NCBI GenBank assembly: GCA_012295275.1
Contig: CM022672.1
Location: forward strand, 3,038,001-3,102,000
Length of the DNA stretch: 64,000 bases
Direction of reading: 5' to 3'
Source: Chrysomallon squamiferum
Lineage: Eukaryota; Animalia; Mollusca
Below the pieces are notes generated by a model. The model searched no databases and had not been told where the DNA came from. It worked only from the letters and a program-made list of their open reading frames with translations. Of this stretch, positions 1 through 15,740 are shown piece by piece. The first letter of the stretch is position 1. Every line of letters starts with the position of its first letter. The position numbers and the translations under genes are program-made.

Positions 1-150
1 AGTTCTGTCCAAGCTTTCTTGTGTTCTGGTTCAATAATTTGTCAGTTTTTTGTTGATCATCATCTAGCTTCGTTAACATCAGTCAGGGTCGTCTCTAAAT
101 AATTTATCCATGGATCTGTCAGTCTATTCTCATCTATGCATCCATTAACA

Positions 151-172
151 TCTCTCTCTCTGTCTCTCTCTG

Positions 173-203
<31 letters not shown>

Positions 204-272
204 GTCTCTCTGTCTCTCTATGTCTCTCTCTCTCTCTCTGTCTCTCTGTCTCTCTATCTCTCTCTCTCTGTC

Positions 273-327
<55 letters not shown>
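151..327. repeat. Compound (CT)/(GT)/(AT) microsatellite
   Basis: Direct reading. Confidence 0.95.
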
Positions 328-331
<4 letters not shown>

Positions 332-1170
332 TATATCATTATTTCTTTCTTTTTCTGTTTCAAGGCAGATTTGGATATTTCTAACATAAATATCAAGATA
401 TGTTACCGATATCTTAAATTCGACACGAAACACATTACTTCATTTCATGACAGGTTTTATAAACGTTTTTTGTTGTTTCTTAATAACGCTGACCTCGGTA
501 CCAAGTTGATCAAACGGTCCCCCGTGTGTCCCGACTTGACAGTACAACAATAGATTGTTTGTAAGCTTGTAGCAACGATACATTTACGTACGTGAAACAA
601 CATAAAAGATTGATCCTTTTTATGTTTTTTTTTTTTTTTTTACCAGGATAAAAAAAAAATAAATAAATAAAAAATAAAAAAAGTGATTGTTAACATTAAT
701 ATTGAAATATACATATGTACACATTTACGTATGTACACCAGCACAAGTTCACAATACACGCATTCTCTCTTTCAAACTCACATATACACCGATAATGTAT
801 AATACATAGGTACACAGCATGTTGTTGTTTTCAAAGGTATACGTAAATATATAGATTCAATAAAACTATTTGCGTAATATTTTCCGTGTATATAATACAT
901 GCATACAAAACATACTAGTATATATACACAAACACACACATACATACATGTGCATACATATAAACATGTATGTTATAGATACACACAGCTACATTAGATA
1001 CAGGCATGTGTACATAAATACACATATACACACATACAAAAATAAACACAGGCCTTACACACACATACACACACACATAACACGCACACATACATACACA
1101 TACACACATAATACACACACATACATATACACACACATACATATACACACACACACACACATACACACAC

Positions 1171-1211
<41 letters not shown>

Positions 1212-1319
1212 GACACACAGACACGTACAAACATGTTTGTTTTGGGGGGGTTGTTGGGGTTTTGTTTTTCACCGAAAACTTGTAAATCAAATTGTGTTTT
1301 CAAAAAAACGTCAACTTAC

Positions 1320-1534
1320 TCATTATCGTCGTCGTCCTCCTCTTCGATCGCGTCGGGTTGTCGTTGCAGATATCGTCGCGATTCCTTCTTGTCGTTGCCG
1401 GTGCCGCTGTTGCTGTCGAAGCTGGCCGCCGGCCAAGCGAGGTAAATCGAGTCCCGCACGATAGTTTCCAAACTTCCCACCTCGTGGAAAGACTGCGCCT
1501 TTGGAATGTGTAGCTTATCCTTTAGTCGTTGCAT
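1320..1534 (-). CDS. Probable first coding exon of an unidentified gene continuing left
   Basis: GC-rich island; AAAATG start; 71 open codons MQRLKDKLHIPKAQSFHEV...RRYLQRQPDAIEEEDDDDN; GTAAGT donor at 1314-1319. Confidence 0.6.
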
Positions 1535-3947
1535 TTTTAAAAACAATACACACACGCACTGCGCACAATCTGCACGGAAAATAAATGTATAAACACTTTC
1601 CTCCTTTTTTTTTTTTTTATACAGAACACACGAGATGAAAAAATACACAGCCCGAACAGAAGTCGAAAGTAGTTAAAAACACAGCAAATTTTCCACCAGA
1701 AGCTTCTCTCTGTTGTTTTTGTATATATTTTTGTTTTGATTTATTTACAATTACCTACCATGTTAAGCCTGTAACTGTAATTTACGAATCAACGAAAATG
1801 AACGCTAATGGTCGAATTAATATTATTATTATTATTATTTTTAAATTTGTTTTCAGTCTTGATATTTGTATCGACAGATCTGCGAAAATAATAATATATA
1901 CCAACGCATGCGGTTAACTAAAAGCATTGAAAACACTGAATGACTGTCGCTCTGCCTGTGTGTGTTATTATCTCTACTGTATCGAACGCTGTTTTCCATT
2001 CATCAAGAGAAAAGTCGTAGTGGGATTAGCGCATGCGTGGATAATTTTCGGAAATAATAGTGGCAGGGAGTGGATGTGGATGATTTCTCCGTGGGGACCA
2101 CATTTGCAGAACCAAACGCGACGTTACTTCGCCAAGAAATGATGGAAGTTTTAGTCTAGTAATCTCACCGGAGACCCGTAACGGGAGGAAAATACGAAAC
2201 AGCAGACCGTACTCGTCACATAGCGTAAAAGAAGTTGTTGCTTTTCATTCGATTCTGCAGCGAGAGGACAGTGACATTTTCTCTTGAATACAGGAAAGTT
2301 TGCAGTTATGGCTTTTAGTGGATAAATTGATTTCTTAGAAAGAGCTTTCATGCAGATAGTTAAACATATAATTGGAAGAAAATGAGCATGTTCTAGGTTA
2401 AGAGCGGTACAATAAAAATAGCCAATGTATTTGCGTCTTAAATTCGTGTGTAGGAAGTACAAAGATCTAATCCAGAAAGTGTCTGAAATGGGAACTAACT
2501 TTCTTATTCTTTTCTTTTTTTTTTTTTTTTTTTTTTTAGCTAGCCTTAACGTTAATTTGCACAAGAAGGTCAGAGACATCAATTTTTCTTATAACGTTAT
2601 AAAACTCAAAAAAACAGATTATTCGTTATAAACTGGAAATAATAAATTGTACACTAAATGTACGGCGTAGCACAAAGCTGGTTTAAATGTGTTTGTTTTG
2701 TTTCTAGATGGAAAGGGTGAATGAAAACACTACCACTACAACAACTACTATTACTACTGCTACTACTACTGCTGCTGCTACTACTACAATACTACTACCG
2801 CTGCTATTAAAATTACTTCTTTTACTACTTTTACTTCTACTAATACAATTATTCTCTACTACTACTACTGCCGATGTTAATACTATAACTACTAAAATTA
2901 TTTTACTACTCATTACTGCTATGTCTATTACTAATATTGTTATCTAATAATAGCACTACGACTACTGTTATTACAAAGATATTAGATTTTAAACCTCTAA
3001 GGCACCATCTTATTTTGTGGGCTGTTTGTATTTTGTTTTTTATTTTTATTTTAAATTTTGTTCTAGTTTTATAATAGGTTGAGAAATATTATACCACAAT
3101 GTCTGTTATTGATTAAGATTTCAGTTTCGCGATCATGTAGTCCATAAAATAAAAATTAAATTAAAAAATGTGCTACTTGAGAAAAGAAATGTAAAAAGAA
3201 AAAACAAATTTTCAATATTCAGATTTTAATTTCATTTGTACATGGGATAATAGAAAAGATGTGATAATAATGTTTAATATGTCAGCTTTTTGTTTTATTT
3301 ACATTTTTCTTCCTGTTTATTTTTATTTGCTTATTTTTTTTTACTTTATTTTATTTTTTTTTTTTTTTTCTACGATATCTTTCTTTATTTATTTTTGACC
3401 TTTTTTATATCTTTTTTTTTTTTTTATTGAAATTATATATTATTCTGATGAACGCATTTAATTGATTAATAAGTTACGTGGCATCATTCAAATGGTTAAG
3501 GATAGAGAGACCCCGAGAGAGAGAGACCGAGACCTGAAGAGAAGAACTATACAAATAAACTAATAAAATTAATGCTACATTAATTGTAACCCACGATATT
3601 ACTCGTATGTTACAATATACAAAAGACTGCTCTGACAATAGCTCATCTTGTGGTTCATTTTGGATAACGCGGAAACAAATGGCAAAGTTAATATGGTACA
3701 AGCACGCAAATGACTCGGAACGAACAAGCCGATGAAGAATTAAAAAATAAATATTTTGCTTGTACATGATAGTAATACTCACTAAATCTGGCATAGCAGA
3801 TATCCATACGGACTCTAATTTGTGTAAATTCTGTTGTTCTGCTTTCTGTTATTTGTCTAGGCAGTTAACGATGCAGTAATAATTTATGTCAAATATTCTG
3901 GAAATGTTATTGTTTTCGTCTTTCAATGTCTCTCTTTCTGTCTGCCA

Positions 3948-4124
<177 letters not shown>

Positions 4125-4982
4125 CGCATACATACACATACAGCATACGTTGCACGTGTATCGAGCGATTTCGTGAATTTCTTTTTTAACTTACGTTTCT
4201 TCTTTAACTTTCTAATTAGTGTCAGTTCAAAAAACGTTCCGCTTTACGACTGGATTTCAAATATAGAAATTTTCAAGAGTCACGCCACTTTCGTAGTTAT
4301 GGGGGCGATTCTGAAGGCCGGAACTGCATCTCGCTAATACGTTCAGACTCTTTTCAGAGAGTGTGAAGGCGCGATGGACATGTCAGTCCACCGCACAAAA
4401 AGTCGATAACCTGACACTAAAACGAAGGCGTTCGTGAATGTTTTCTTTCCCTGCGCCATCGTAGAGAGAGAGAGAGAGAGAAAGAGAGAGAGCATGAGAG
4501 CTGAGAAATCGATGAGCTGGTAAGTAAAGTAAACAATGTTAAAAACCTAATGGAAAAACATGTTTGTGAAAAGACACTTGGCAGTTTTGTTTAACCAGCG
4601 GTTATTTAATGTTGGACGTAGCAGAAAGAAATCGTGAGTGTTGTAACGTAATCTGTCAGAGATGAAATTAGCTGCAAGGACGCTTTCGATTATTTTCGGA
4701 AAAAAAAAATAGCAGCTGTTGTCGTTGTTGTTGTTGTTGCCGTAATATGAGGTCGCAAACGGAAACAATGCCTAACTTTAAATGAAGAAAGCTTAACAAT
4801 AACAACAGTAATGAAAACAGCAGTACCATCGTCAAAACTACCAAAGGAAACAAAATCGTCAATCGTAGCGATAATTATGATATACGAGCATCGGAAACAG
4901 TGACAAGTATAAAAACAACGTCGACCAGCACAGTATAAGAAGGGGATACAATCCATACATAAAAAATAAATAAATTAATAAA

Positions 4983-5014
<32 letters not shown>

Positions 5015-5889
5015 ATAAATAATTAAAAAATAAAATAAAATAAACAAAACAAAACAACAATTAATAATGGAAGCCACCCTGACTTTGGCATCAAGTTTTA
5101 TATCACCAGATTGATATTGCGTATACTTACGTATTTCTGAATGTGTGAGTGTGTGTTTGTGTGTGTGTATATATATATATACACTTGTATTTACACATGT
5201 ACATAATAATGCTGTGCCAATAGGAAAGAGATTCAGATACCTTGTATTGCTTAATTACTTGACTGACCAAAGATAGTAACTACACTAAAAGATCTTTGGC
5301 TACATACATCCCGTAAACTTTAACTAGCTGCCACCCAATCTCATCACTTTTAATAGCGTTTGCTGTAACGCTTGCTTTCCAACTGTGGTCAGTTTACTGG
5401 GATAGACAGTGCTTCATTACTGCTATGTCCATTCCTATTCATAAAAGATTTCTAATACTAATCGAAAAGCAGTAAATAAACGCGCTCTCTCCATATTTCA
5501 GCGGTCCTTAATCATACGTGTATATAATATATATATTAAGTAAATTGTTAATTCAAATATCTCTTCTGTACATCATCCCTTCCATATTTTCTTAATACAG
5601 TTTTGTAAACTAAATTTAGAATAATCGTTCATGACATTGCAACAGAAATGTTTTACCACTGGATTTTGTCAATTTCGATTAGCTGTGTGGTATGTCAGTT
5701 TTGAAAACAATGTTTTAGCATTTTTGGTATGTTTTGATATTTTATAAATATTGTTATGTCTAAATAACTTTAGTTACATCTACAGCCAGCCAGGCAAAAC
5801 GAAGCTAATGACTATGCATTGTCACTTTTACCACAGTGTGACATCATAAATACAACTTTAAAATATACATAAATACGCGAGTGTGTGTG

Positions 5890-5942
<53 letters not shown>

Positions 5943-6388
5943 ATTAACTGTCTTGGTCACAAGCCGAAACTAACGATACATATTTTATTTTTTATTTTTT
6001 TTGCTGCACAAATGAGGATCGATCCTGCTTGCCATCGTTTTGTAGACCTGATCTCTAACACTGAACTAAATAAAGCGTGTTTCAGATTTAATTACGAATC
6101 ATTCCAGACATAATCACAGACAAGTGAACAGCAGTAAGCCAATTTGATGACGTGAAACTGCGATTCTGTGATTTGTGATTCGAGTTCAAAAAGATAGAAG
6201 TGTGTGTGTGTGTATTTACTTGACACACTTGGTTTGGCTCAGATGCGTTTATTACAAAATCACATTTTGTTATAGTCAGTCTGTAAACCTAGAAATATTT
6301 CGACTTGATGAACATTAGTCACCTCAGACAGGTTAGTGTGTTCACTAATGTGTAAGACGAAATGTTGTGGGCGTTTTTAATTTTATAG

Positions 6389-6468
<80 letters not shown>

Positions 6469-7109
6469 ATTAAATTACGAACGACAATGTCTGGAAAGAT
6501 CACGTGACTTCAAACAACTTTTTGATTGGTAACAACCAAAGATGTTTCATATTCTGCGTCGCTGGACACCATCTTGTTCGAGGCTGATTCTATTTGGTTA
6601 TGTTTGCTATGCACATTCAGCTGAAACTAATATTCAACGTTAGCTGAGTTGTTGTTTTGTTATATATACATGGCTTAAAAAGATCTGCAAATAAATAAAT
6701 AAAACAACTGCTTACAAAGCATAATAATCCTATAACAAAACGTTCCTACTCAAAACCCCATGAGTTCTACGTTTTTCCTGTGTTTCGAACGCGCAGATTG
6801 GGGGTGTGGTTGTTGAATTTAATTATTAATTAACCTCAAACATACGTTATTGTTTTTATTACCTCACGCAAAATTCCGGTCTTTCGTGGTATTTTGCACA
6901 ATCAAAAGACTAGATCTGTGTCTGCGACATTTAAAATGCAATTTGTAAAGACACACTGAATATTTTATTTGCTGCCTTGCGTGTCGTCTGTTACGTTACA
7001 CAGTACACCTGAAAAGAAATTCGAGTAGACAAAATAGATTAAGAACATCAATTCTGTGAAAAGTACACTGCAGTATATTAAGATGAGAAAATAACCAGTC
7101 GGAATAGTT

Positions 7110-7134
7110 CTATTTATAGCACGTGATGACGTCA
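7110..7134. promoter_or_regulatory. Adjacent MEF2 site, E-box and full CRE
   Basis: CTATTTATAG (7110-7119), CACGTG (7120-7125), TGACGTCA (7127-7134). Confidence 0.4.
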
Positions 7135-7202
7135 TTTGTTTTAAATAGGTCACGTCTCTCATTTTTTTCTATTTTTTTTTCTCTTTTATCTTTCTTGTTT
7201 AT

Positions 7203-7233
<31 letters not shown>

Positions 7234-8107
7234 GTTCCTTAAGGTAAGTGGCTTATCGTTATTATCCCAAAAATATTTACGACGTGGTATCATATGTACA
7301 TATGAGCGTGTGCGTTTTCGTATTTGTGCGTGCAAGCATGTGTTCGTATTCGTGAATGTAGAAAAGCGTTTTTCTCTGTGTTTTTATTCCCTGTGGGAGG
7401 GCAAGCCTTTTTCTATGTGGCGTGTGTGTTTTCGGATTAAGACAAGTGCGGGTATATTTGACAGAGTTTTTTGGTGGGCTTTTTTTACTTGTCGTATCGT
7501 ATGTTATTATGTTTGTGTAGTTGCTGTTGTTGTTTGTGTTATTAATTATTATTATTTGAATTCTTTTTCTTTTTTTCTTTTGATCTTTTCTATTTTATTT
7601 TCTTCTTTTAATTTTTTTGGAGGGGGGTATTCTGACAATATTTACTATAGAAAAAAAAAGGAAGTAAATAAACGGATCGATTTCAATTATAATTTTTTTA
7701 AATAATATTATAATCCAATAATTATTCTATATCACGTTAACTACAATAGATTTATTTTATCTGACATTTACCTGATCTTTAAAATTATTTTCTCTTATTA
7801 ATCAAAAAAAAAAAAAATTAAAAAATTAATCAAAGATTATAACACACACATACACACACACACACACACCAATACACACATATTTACTGTCATTTCAAAA
7901 CAACAGTACATTTTCATTTCAGATAAAATAACCTTTAGAATAGAAAAAAAAAAAAAATTTTAAATAATAATAATAATTGTTGTTGTTGTTGTTGTTATTA
8001 TACTTACAAATATAAATAGTGAATCAGCGTTTCCACAGTGAGACGTTGTTAAAGAAAGTTTGCAGTGACGTCATAATAGCGTGTCCTTTGACCTCGAACA
8101 ATTTATT

Positions 8108-8243
8108 TGGGTATGTATGGGTATGTGTGTGTATGGGTGTGTATGTATGGGGTGTGTGTGTGTGTATGGGTGTGTATGTATGGGTGTGTGTGTATGGGTG
8201 TATGTATGGGTGTGTATGTATATGGGTTTGTGTGTATGTGTGT
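8108..8243. repeat. Degenerate TGGGTGTGTA/TGTA tandem repeat
   Basis: Direct reading. Confidence 0.85.
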
Positions 8244-9977
8244 ATATTATTGTTACCATCATTATCACATTCAGATCATAATCAACGTCATTGTCATTAT
8301 CATTGGTATATTAATATTTTCTTTATTTTTATTCTTATTTACTTATTTATCTCTTCTTCTTTTATTTTCTTAGGTTTTTAATTATGAAAAGTACTTTAGT
8401 GTTTTGTTCTATTTATATTTTTGAACTTCTATTTTGATGTGTTTGGCTTCGTTGTTATTTAACATGTTCTGTATTTTCTGCTGTGATTGATTTTGTTGTT
8501 GTTATTTTAATGATATCGATATTTGTTGTTGTTGCTGCTGCTGCTGTTGCTATTGTTGTATTCTTGATTATTATTATTATTATTATTATTTATCTTTCTT
8601 TCTTAAAAACCATGCTCGTCCTCTGTCTTATTTCGTTTATTAATTTCTGTATTCATAAACGGGTTTAATCGATTTTAAATCTCTTTATAAATAACTAGTC
8701 CATAAAATTATGTTTATACGATATCCAGTGTACGTACGATTCCATCAACAGATATCGTCAAATGTGGGTATCATCTCTTTACAAAATTTAAGTCCCAGAG
8801 TTCATAAATACAATTTTCAAAATAAACGGTCACGCTATCTGAATAATCTGATTATCTGTTGCGTCAGTGCCAGTAATCCAGTTCAGTGAATCTCGCATAT
8901 CTCTGTGAAATGAAAGTGAGTTCTTTGAATCTTCGCGAAATAAGAAATATTTACCCACCGTTTATTTATATTTGATTTTTTTTTTTTTTTTTTTTTTTTT
9001 ATCGTTGGAATTTTCAATAATATACATATATTATTACTTTCATTATTATTGTTGCTGCTGTTGTTGTTGTTGTTGTTGTAATTTCAGTTAGTCTGATGTA
9101 TAAAAGCAGTCTTACACTTTTTTATATGTTAATATAAGAGAGATTCCAGAGAGAGGGCCAGGTTATTTTCAGTTCACCAAGAAATGTTATTTTTTTATTT
9201 TTTTATTTTTTGTTATAATTTTTTTTTTTTTTTTTTTTATTTTATCTTATTATTTAATTATTTTCATTTGTTGTTGTTGTTGCTATTGTTACTGAAAGAG
9301 CTGTTGTTATGGCTTATTTTAGTTCCTACATAACAAAGTGGAAACAGAAAAACAGATGGATGGATATATAGAAGATAAATTCGCTAAATTATTCTCTATT
9401 CATTATAATCTAAAGCAGATTTTATACTGAATATCCCTTATTGTAAGTTCTTGGATTCGCCAGAATATTATTTTACATCTTGACAACGATTTACACATAT
9501 TAAACATTTATTATACTGAATAAAATATTTTTTTATCGATAAAACTAAAATTAATAAAACCTAATCCGTTTTAAACCGCCTCGATTTTGATTTCTACTTC
9601 TTTGGCTTTTTGTCTTTTTCAGATAACGTTCACTAAGCCTTTATTGTTTGTTGTTATTCAGTGTTGCTCATTGTTGCTTAGCTGTTTGTTTTCTTTCTTT
9701 TTTTCTTTTGATGTTGTTGTGTTTAGGGGATGGCGGGACATGGTTAATGTCAAGCAGGGAAGATTTTGTATACAGAATGGACTTTTGTAAACTATTCGCA
9801 AAACTGTGATTGGTACAGGAAATATCTGGCGTCCACCTTTCTATTATGTTCACCCAAACAATAGAAATTATCATATGTTTTAATGTCTGTATGACAACCA
9901 TTTGTCTAGCGTAACCATTATCTGCTGATACCTGCAGTGTCCATGACAGAGCACACACACATACACGCACACAGTAT

Positions 9978-10019
<42 letters not shown>

Positions 10020-11642
10020 TGTGTGAAATAAATTCAAAAAAAAAAAAAAAGTGTTCAGACATTTCATAAATGACGAACTGATTACTTAGTTCCTGACCAA
10101 ATAGTTCCAAACTGGCAATCAAGGATTATATCGATTTTCACGCAAACTGCAATTGGCGAGCTCATTTCAGTTACACACACTAACGTGTCCACCAACCAAG
10201 GAAGGAACTCGTGTGCATTGTTTAACAGGAGACACGGTAATCACAGCATTAACCTGGGTCCGGTGCCTTCGCACTCAGATCCGGCCCTGCAGCTCGGTGT
10301 GAAAAAGCAGCGAAGGTCAAACATCATAATCACTCTCCTATTCGTTTCTCGTTAATTCAGTAACTTGCTAACCTAATAACAGTAACAAGACAAAGATTCT
10401 TTGTTTCAGCATAGGATGGACGGAAACACAATAGTAACAGCAGAGTCCTCCTACGCAAACCAAAACCTCAGTGGACTAATGTATTACAATATTTTTTGCA
10501 AGCTGTGAGTTTACCTGCTGTAAAGAATTACATATAAGGATTAAGTGTATTAAAGGATTTTTGATGATAAAGTATTAACGATAGTCAAAGATATTCTGTC
10601 TGTCTGTCTGTCTGTTCGTTTTGTTTTTTGATAGATGATGCTCCTTTTCCTCTTATTCTGGCATTATAGAAAAGAAAAGAAAAAATAAATCTTTCTACGA
10701 TTTAATGTCGGTTAGTGAACTCCAAAAAGAAAAAGAAAAAAAAAAGAAAGAAAAAACAACTTATAAAATATTAACGTTGGTGTAATCATTAACCTTGAAG
10801 CACCAAGGAAATCGGTTTCCTGTAACATCTGTAAAGACAAACAGATATGTCTTGAATAGGTAAGTGTAACAAATAGGAAATGGCTTTATCAAGTGTTGTA
10901 CAGCATAAATCTTGTCTGGGAATCTAGAGTTCCTGAAACACTAGAGGATAATTTTGTTAAGAGCAAAAATATGTTTTTGTCAAAGACCATAATTGATTGT
11001 ATAAGCAGAGGATGTTTGTCTTTGTCATTTTTGTTATTACGGTATGTAGATTTTTGTATGAGATGGATTTGGTTGGTTTCGGAATTCTTTGACTATATTT
11101 TATTTATTTCATTATTAATAAAGTTGTTGTTGTTGTTGTTGTTGTTATTAATGTATAGTTATTCATCTTAGATTATCTGAATTCCCATAGTAAAGTATAT
11201 ACATACATACATACATATACACAAATAGACAGACACACACATACACACACACAGAATTAGATACAAATACACAAACCAAACACATTCGAAATAACGTACA
11301 CCAAATGTATCTCTCTCTCTCTCAAACATATACATACACATAGACACACACACAGACACAAAGAGAGTCAGAAATGCGACAGAAAAAGAGACAGACAGAC
11401 AAACAGACAGAGACATATGTTAACTGATGTGTATATATTTGCAATGTTAAAATTACGATTACATATTGTTATCTGTATTCATCTGCTGCCTTGTCTCGTC
11501 AACAGTTGTGTAACGTATTAGCTAATGGAAATAATGTTTTGTTTTCTATCTCATTATAATGTCTAGATTTTATCACAAGTTACTTCATCGCCAGCTTGGT
11601 ATTATTTTAGAAAAACAAAGCTGATAACAATTATATTTTAAA

Positions 11643-11734
<92 letters not shown>

Positions 11735-12393
11735 AGTGTCCGTGCTGACGAATGTATGTACGTACGTGTGTGTAATAACTAAATAAACAGAATACAATAT
11801 AACTAAATCTTAAAAATAATAATTTTAAAAAAAAACATGGTAAGCTGGACCATTCAACGTTTAGGACAAGCCCGTATATTAAGATTTACAAAAAGAATAA
11901 AACCACACGCATGCTCAGGTGCGTGTATGTACGTGCTTATGTGTGTTTTTGTCAAACATACACTCCCACTCTTCCATTAATAAATGCTCTGACATCTTTC
12001 AGTTTATTTTTCTTTCTTACCCTTTCACCTTTCTTAAGCTCTCTTCTGAAGACGTAGGGAGATAAAACGGTAAATGACCTCTATCGTGTCTTCTGATATT
12101 GTATTTTTGCTGTTCATCAACACAGCCACACAAACAGACAGGTAAGAAAGGTGAGAAATAACACTAATTTATTTTTGCATCTCGCGCAAATGAGATGCTT
12201 TTACCGGTCACTGACTGATACTTGTCAGCGAAATCGGTGTTGACCATAACGTATTAATAGGTTAAAAAAAAAAAACCCATAAAGTTAGCTCTTTGTAAAC
12301 CTAACGTTAAATCTTTATATATGTAAAGTCACCGAGTAAATACTGTCAGAGGCTGTTCAGCAGCTGAAGAAGAATGTGATTATAAGCAATTCC

Positions 12394-12925
12394 ATATTTA
12401 AACTGTTAGCACATCTAAACTTTTAACATATCTAATATCTTTAACATATCTGATATCTAAATTGTTCACGTATCTAAACAATTGTCATGTCTAAACTGTT
12501 AACATATATGAACTGTTCTATCTAAATGATTGATGTCTAAATGGTGTTATATTTAAAGTGTTAAGATATTTAAACTGTTAGCATATCTAAACTCTAAACA
12601 TATCTAATATTTAAATTGTTCACGTATCTAAACTCTTAACATACATGAACTATTGTAACTAAATTATTGACATCTGAAGTGTTGTTATATTTAAACTGTT
12701 AAGATATTTAGACTGTTAATAACATATATTAATTGTTGTATCTAAACTCTTAACATGTATAAAGCTTATCATGTCTAAATTTTAACATATTTAAAATGTT
12801 AACATAACTATACCGTTGCTATATTTAAACTATATCAAAACCGTTGTAATAATTAAACTGTTAGAATATTTAAAATGTTACCGTAACTAAACTGTTATCA
12901 TATCTATATTTTTAAACTGTCTAAA
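12394..12925. repeat. Degenerate ~17-bp AT-rich minisatellite, consensus about TATCTAAACTGTTAACA
   Basis: Roughly 30 diverged copies of (a)tatctaaactgttaac. Confidence 0.8.
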
Positions 12926-12942
12926 ATTTATTATTATTATTA

Positions 12943-12990
<48 letters not shown>

Positions 12991-13457
12991 TAATAATTAT
13001 TTATCGATAAACTGCTAACTTATTTTCGTCTCATTCAGTTTATGAATTTTATTATTTTTATTTTTCTCTTTTTATTCTTATTATTTTGCTTTACTTAATT
13101 TTCATTTTTCTACTTATTTTTTTTTTAAATCATCGTTTTCTTTTTCTTTTCCTATTCAGCTTTTTTCGACATCTTTTTTTTTTTTTTTTTTTTTAAATCG
13201 ATTTATATTAATGAAGCATACGAACAGTGTTAGCTTGATGTAATATCTAATAACGTTTCGTTGAAAGTTTTTCGACGTCCACGAAAAAAAAAAAAAAAAA
13301 AAATGTCACTGACCGCAGTGCCATTATTGTGTATTTTCGCAGTATTCTTCGCACGAAAAAACCCTCTTCACACTAATTCAGAACAGATCGCCTGTGTCCA
13401 GGTTATAACTCACACCATTTGTTTTTACGTGGGTTATGTTCTTTGACTCATTACTGA

Positions 13458-13539
<82 letters not shown>

Positions 13540-13629
13540 GTTGTTGTTATTGTTCTTGTTGTTATTGTTATTGTTATTGTTATTATTATTATTGTTATTG
13601 TTATTGTCATTATCATTATCATTATTATC

Positions 13630-13660
<31 letters not shown>

Positions 13661-13685
13661 ATGTTATTGTTATTATTATTATTAT
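13458..13685. repeat. (TTA)n/(TTG)n/(TCA)n trinucleotide array
   Basis: Direct reading. Confidence 0.95.
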
Positions 13686-13789
13686 CAGCCAATTATAATT
13701 CCAAAAAGAATAGTTTTTATATTGTTTGTTAAACATTTCTGACAACTGTACTGTTGTTGTTGCTTCTGTTGTTGTTATTATCAGCATCG

Positions 13790-13820
<31 letters not shown>

Positions 13821-15668
13821 ATACGTTACCTTCGATAGTCATTATAATTGTCATTGACATTATTACTCTCATTACTGTTATCGTTATTATTGTCATATTA
13901 CATTATATATTATATTTCGGTCAGAATTACTTAATCAAAAACGTGAGGTCACAATTACTAATGAATTTAAATATATAGTTAATTAAGCATGCACGTGCGT
14001 AGCTACAAATTACCTGAATGCGAAGCTACGTAGTTAATTAAGTGCGTACACTATGCAGTAATTCGCTGGTACGAGGGTAATTTTAAATACGTGAATGAAT
14101 GAATGAATGAAAAAAATTAACGTGCTAATCAGAACTAGCTGTTGTGAAGCACTTTAAATACGTGTTTTCGAGTTCTTTTTGTACTTCACCTTCAAAGCAA
14201 TCAGCCAATGCATACAGGAACCTTCTTAATCTATAAATGTCACGAAAACCGAAAGACGATATGCTTGTAGATCTGTTCAATACACCCAGCAGATTTCGCC
14301 GAAACTAAATTAGAAAGTTATCCAGTCCCGGGAGCCGCAATATTAAGACGTCGCTTTTCTCTCGGCCATCTTTCATACTTTATTAATGGATAAGGCACAG
14401 TGTTTACACACTTGCAATTCGCCAAAGCAGCTCTAATTAAGGCTAGTATCCTCGAACGGCAAATGCCAAAATAATGATCGAGATAATTAATCTGTCAGGA
14501 ATACACTGCAAATGGCCTTCTGACTCTCGCTGGACTAACTGGTCGTTGGTCGTTGCTGAAATGGTTCAAATCTTATTTCCCGTCTTTTTTTTTTTTTTTT
14601 TCCAGTTTAGAAAATGGCCGACGGGGTATGACGCTCGTCCGGTGATGTTGATGGTAATACTCTTTTTTCCAGACCGCAAATAAACTCGTAATGATGTTTC
14701 CCAGAACGCTTTGTTATTGCGGAAGTAGAGAGAAACATGCGCGCGCAGACACATAAGCTTACACATAAATATGTTGACAATAGATATTAATGATAAAAGC
14801 CGATCAAATACCTTACAAAATATTTACATAGATACATCAATATAAACTTCAATCTATCAATCCATCATTCATGAATCCATCCTTCCATACATACATGCAT
14901 TCATACATACATACATACATACATACATACATACATACATTCAAGCATACATTTATACATATATACATTCATACATACATACTTACATACACACACACAC
15001 ACACACATACACACTCACACTATACTCCACATACAGAAAAACGCAAATACATATTAGGCTAATTTTCAAAGAGTAAAATACTTTTTTCCTTACAACAAAA
15101 CAAAGACTGTTTTATCGTCACGTGAGACGTCACGAACTGAGGAAGCACGGACCCGCGGGACCATTCACTGCTGTAGCTACTATTTGTTTCAATCACTGTA
15201 ATACACTTTGCTAGATTTATACTAACTAATCTCATCAATCACAATAACAAAGACCCTTTTTTTTTTTCTCTCTCTCCCTTATCAGCTACAGTATTCAATC
15301 TCTGGGATGTCTTCTAAAAGCCGACAAGAAATTGCCAATCCTGCAACGACTAGAAGTGTTAGAAATTGAATTTTTTCTCGTATTATCTCGAGGCTCGTAT
15401 AAAAATACTTCGGTTGCCTCAAGAATGTGTGCAATTAATTAACAAATTGCAGCAATTGCGATTGTATTAATTCAGTTTCTTTCTCGATTGCCATTATCGT
15501 TTCAGTTGTTTGCTTGAAAGATACTCAAGGAAATAGAGGTTTGAAGCCCAAAATAAAAGAAACGATTCTAGTGATTTAATAATACATTTTATAAGATAGC
15601 TTTATTATTATTATTATTATTATCATCACCATCATCATCATCATTATTATTATTATTATTATTATTAT

Positions 15669-15740
<72 letters not shown>

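Noticed and set aside
1-80. Minus-strand open frame MLTKLDDDQQKTDKLLNQ...
   Set aside because: Too short, truncated by the window edge, and not reachable in frame from the 1320 donor through an evident acceptor
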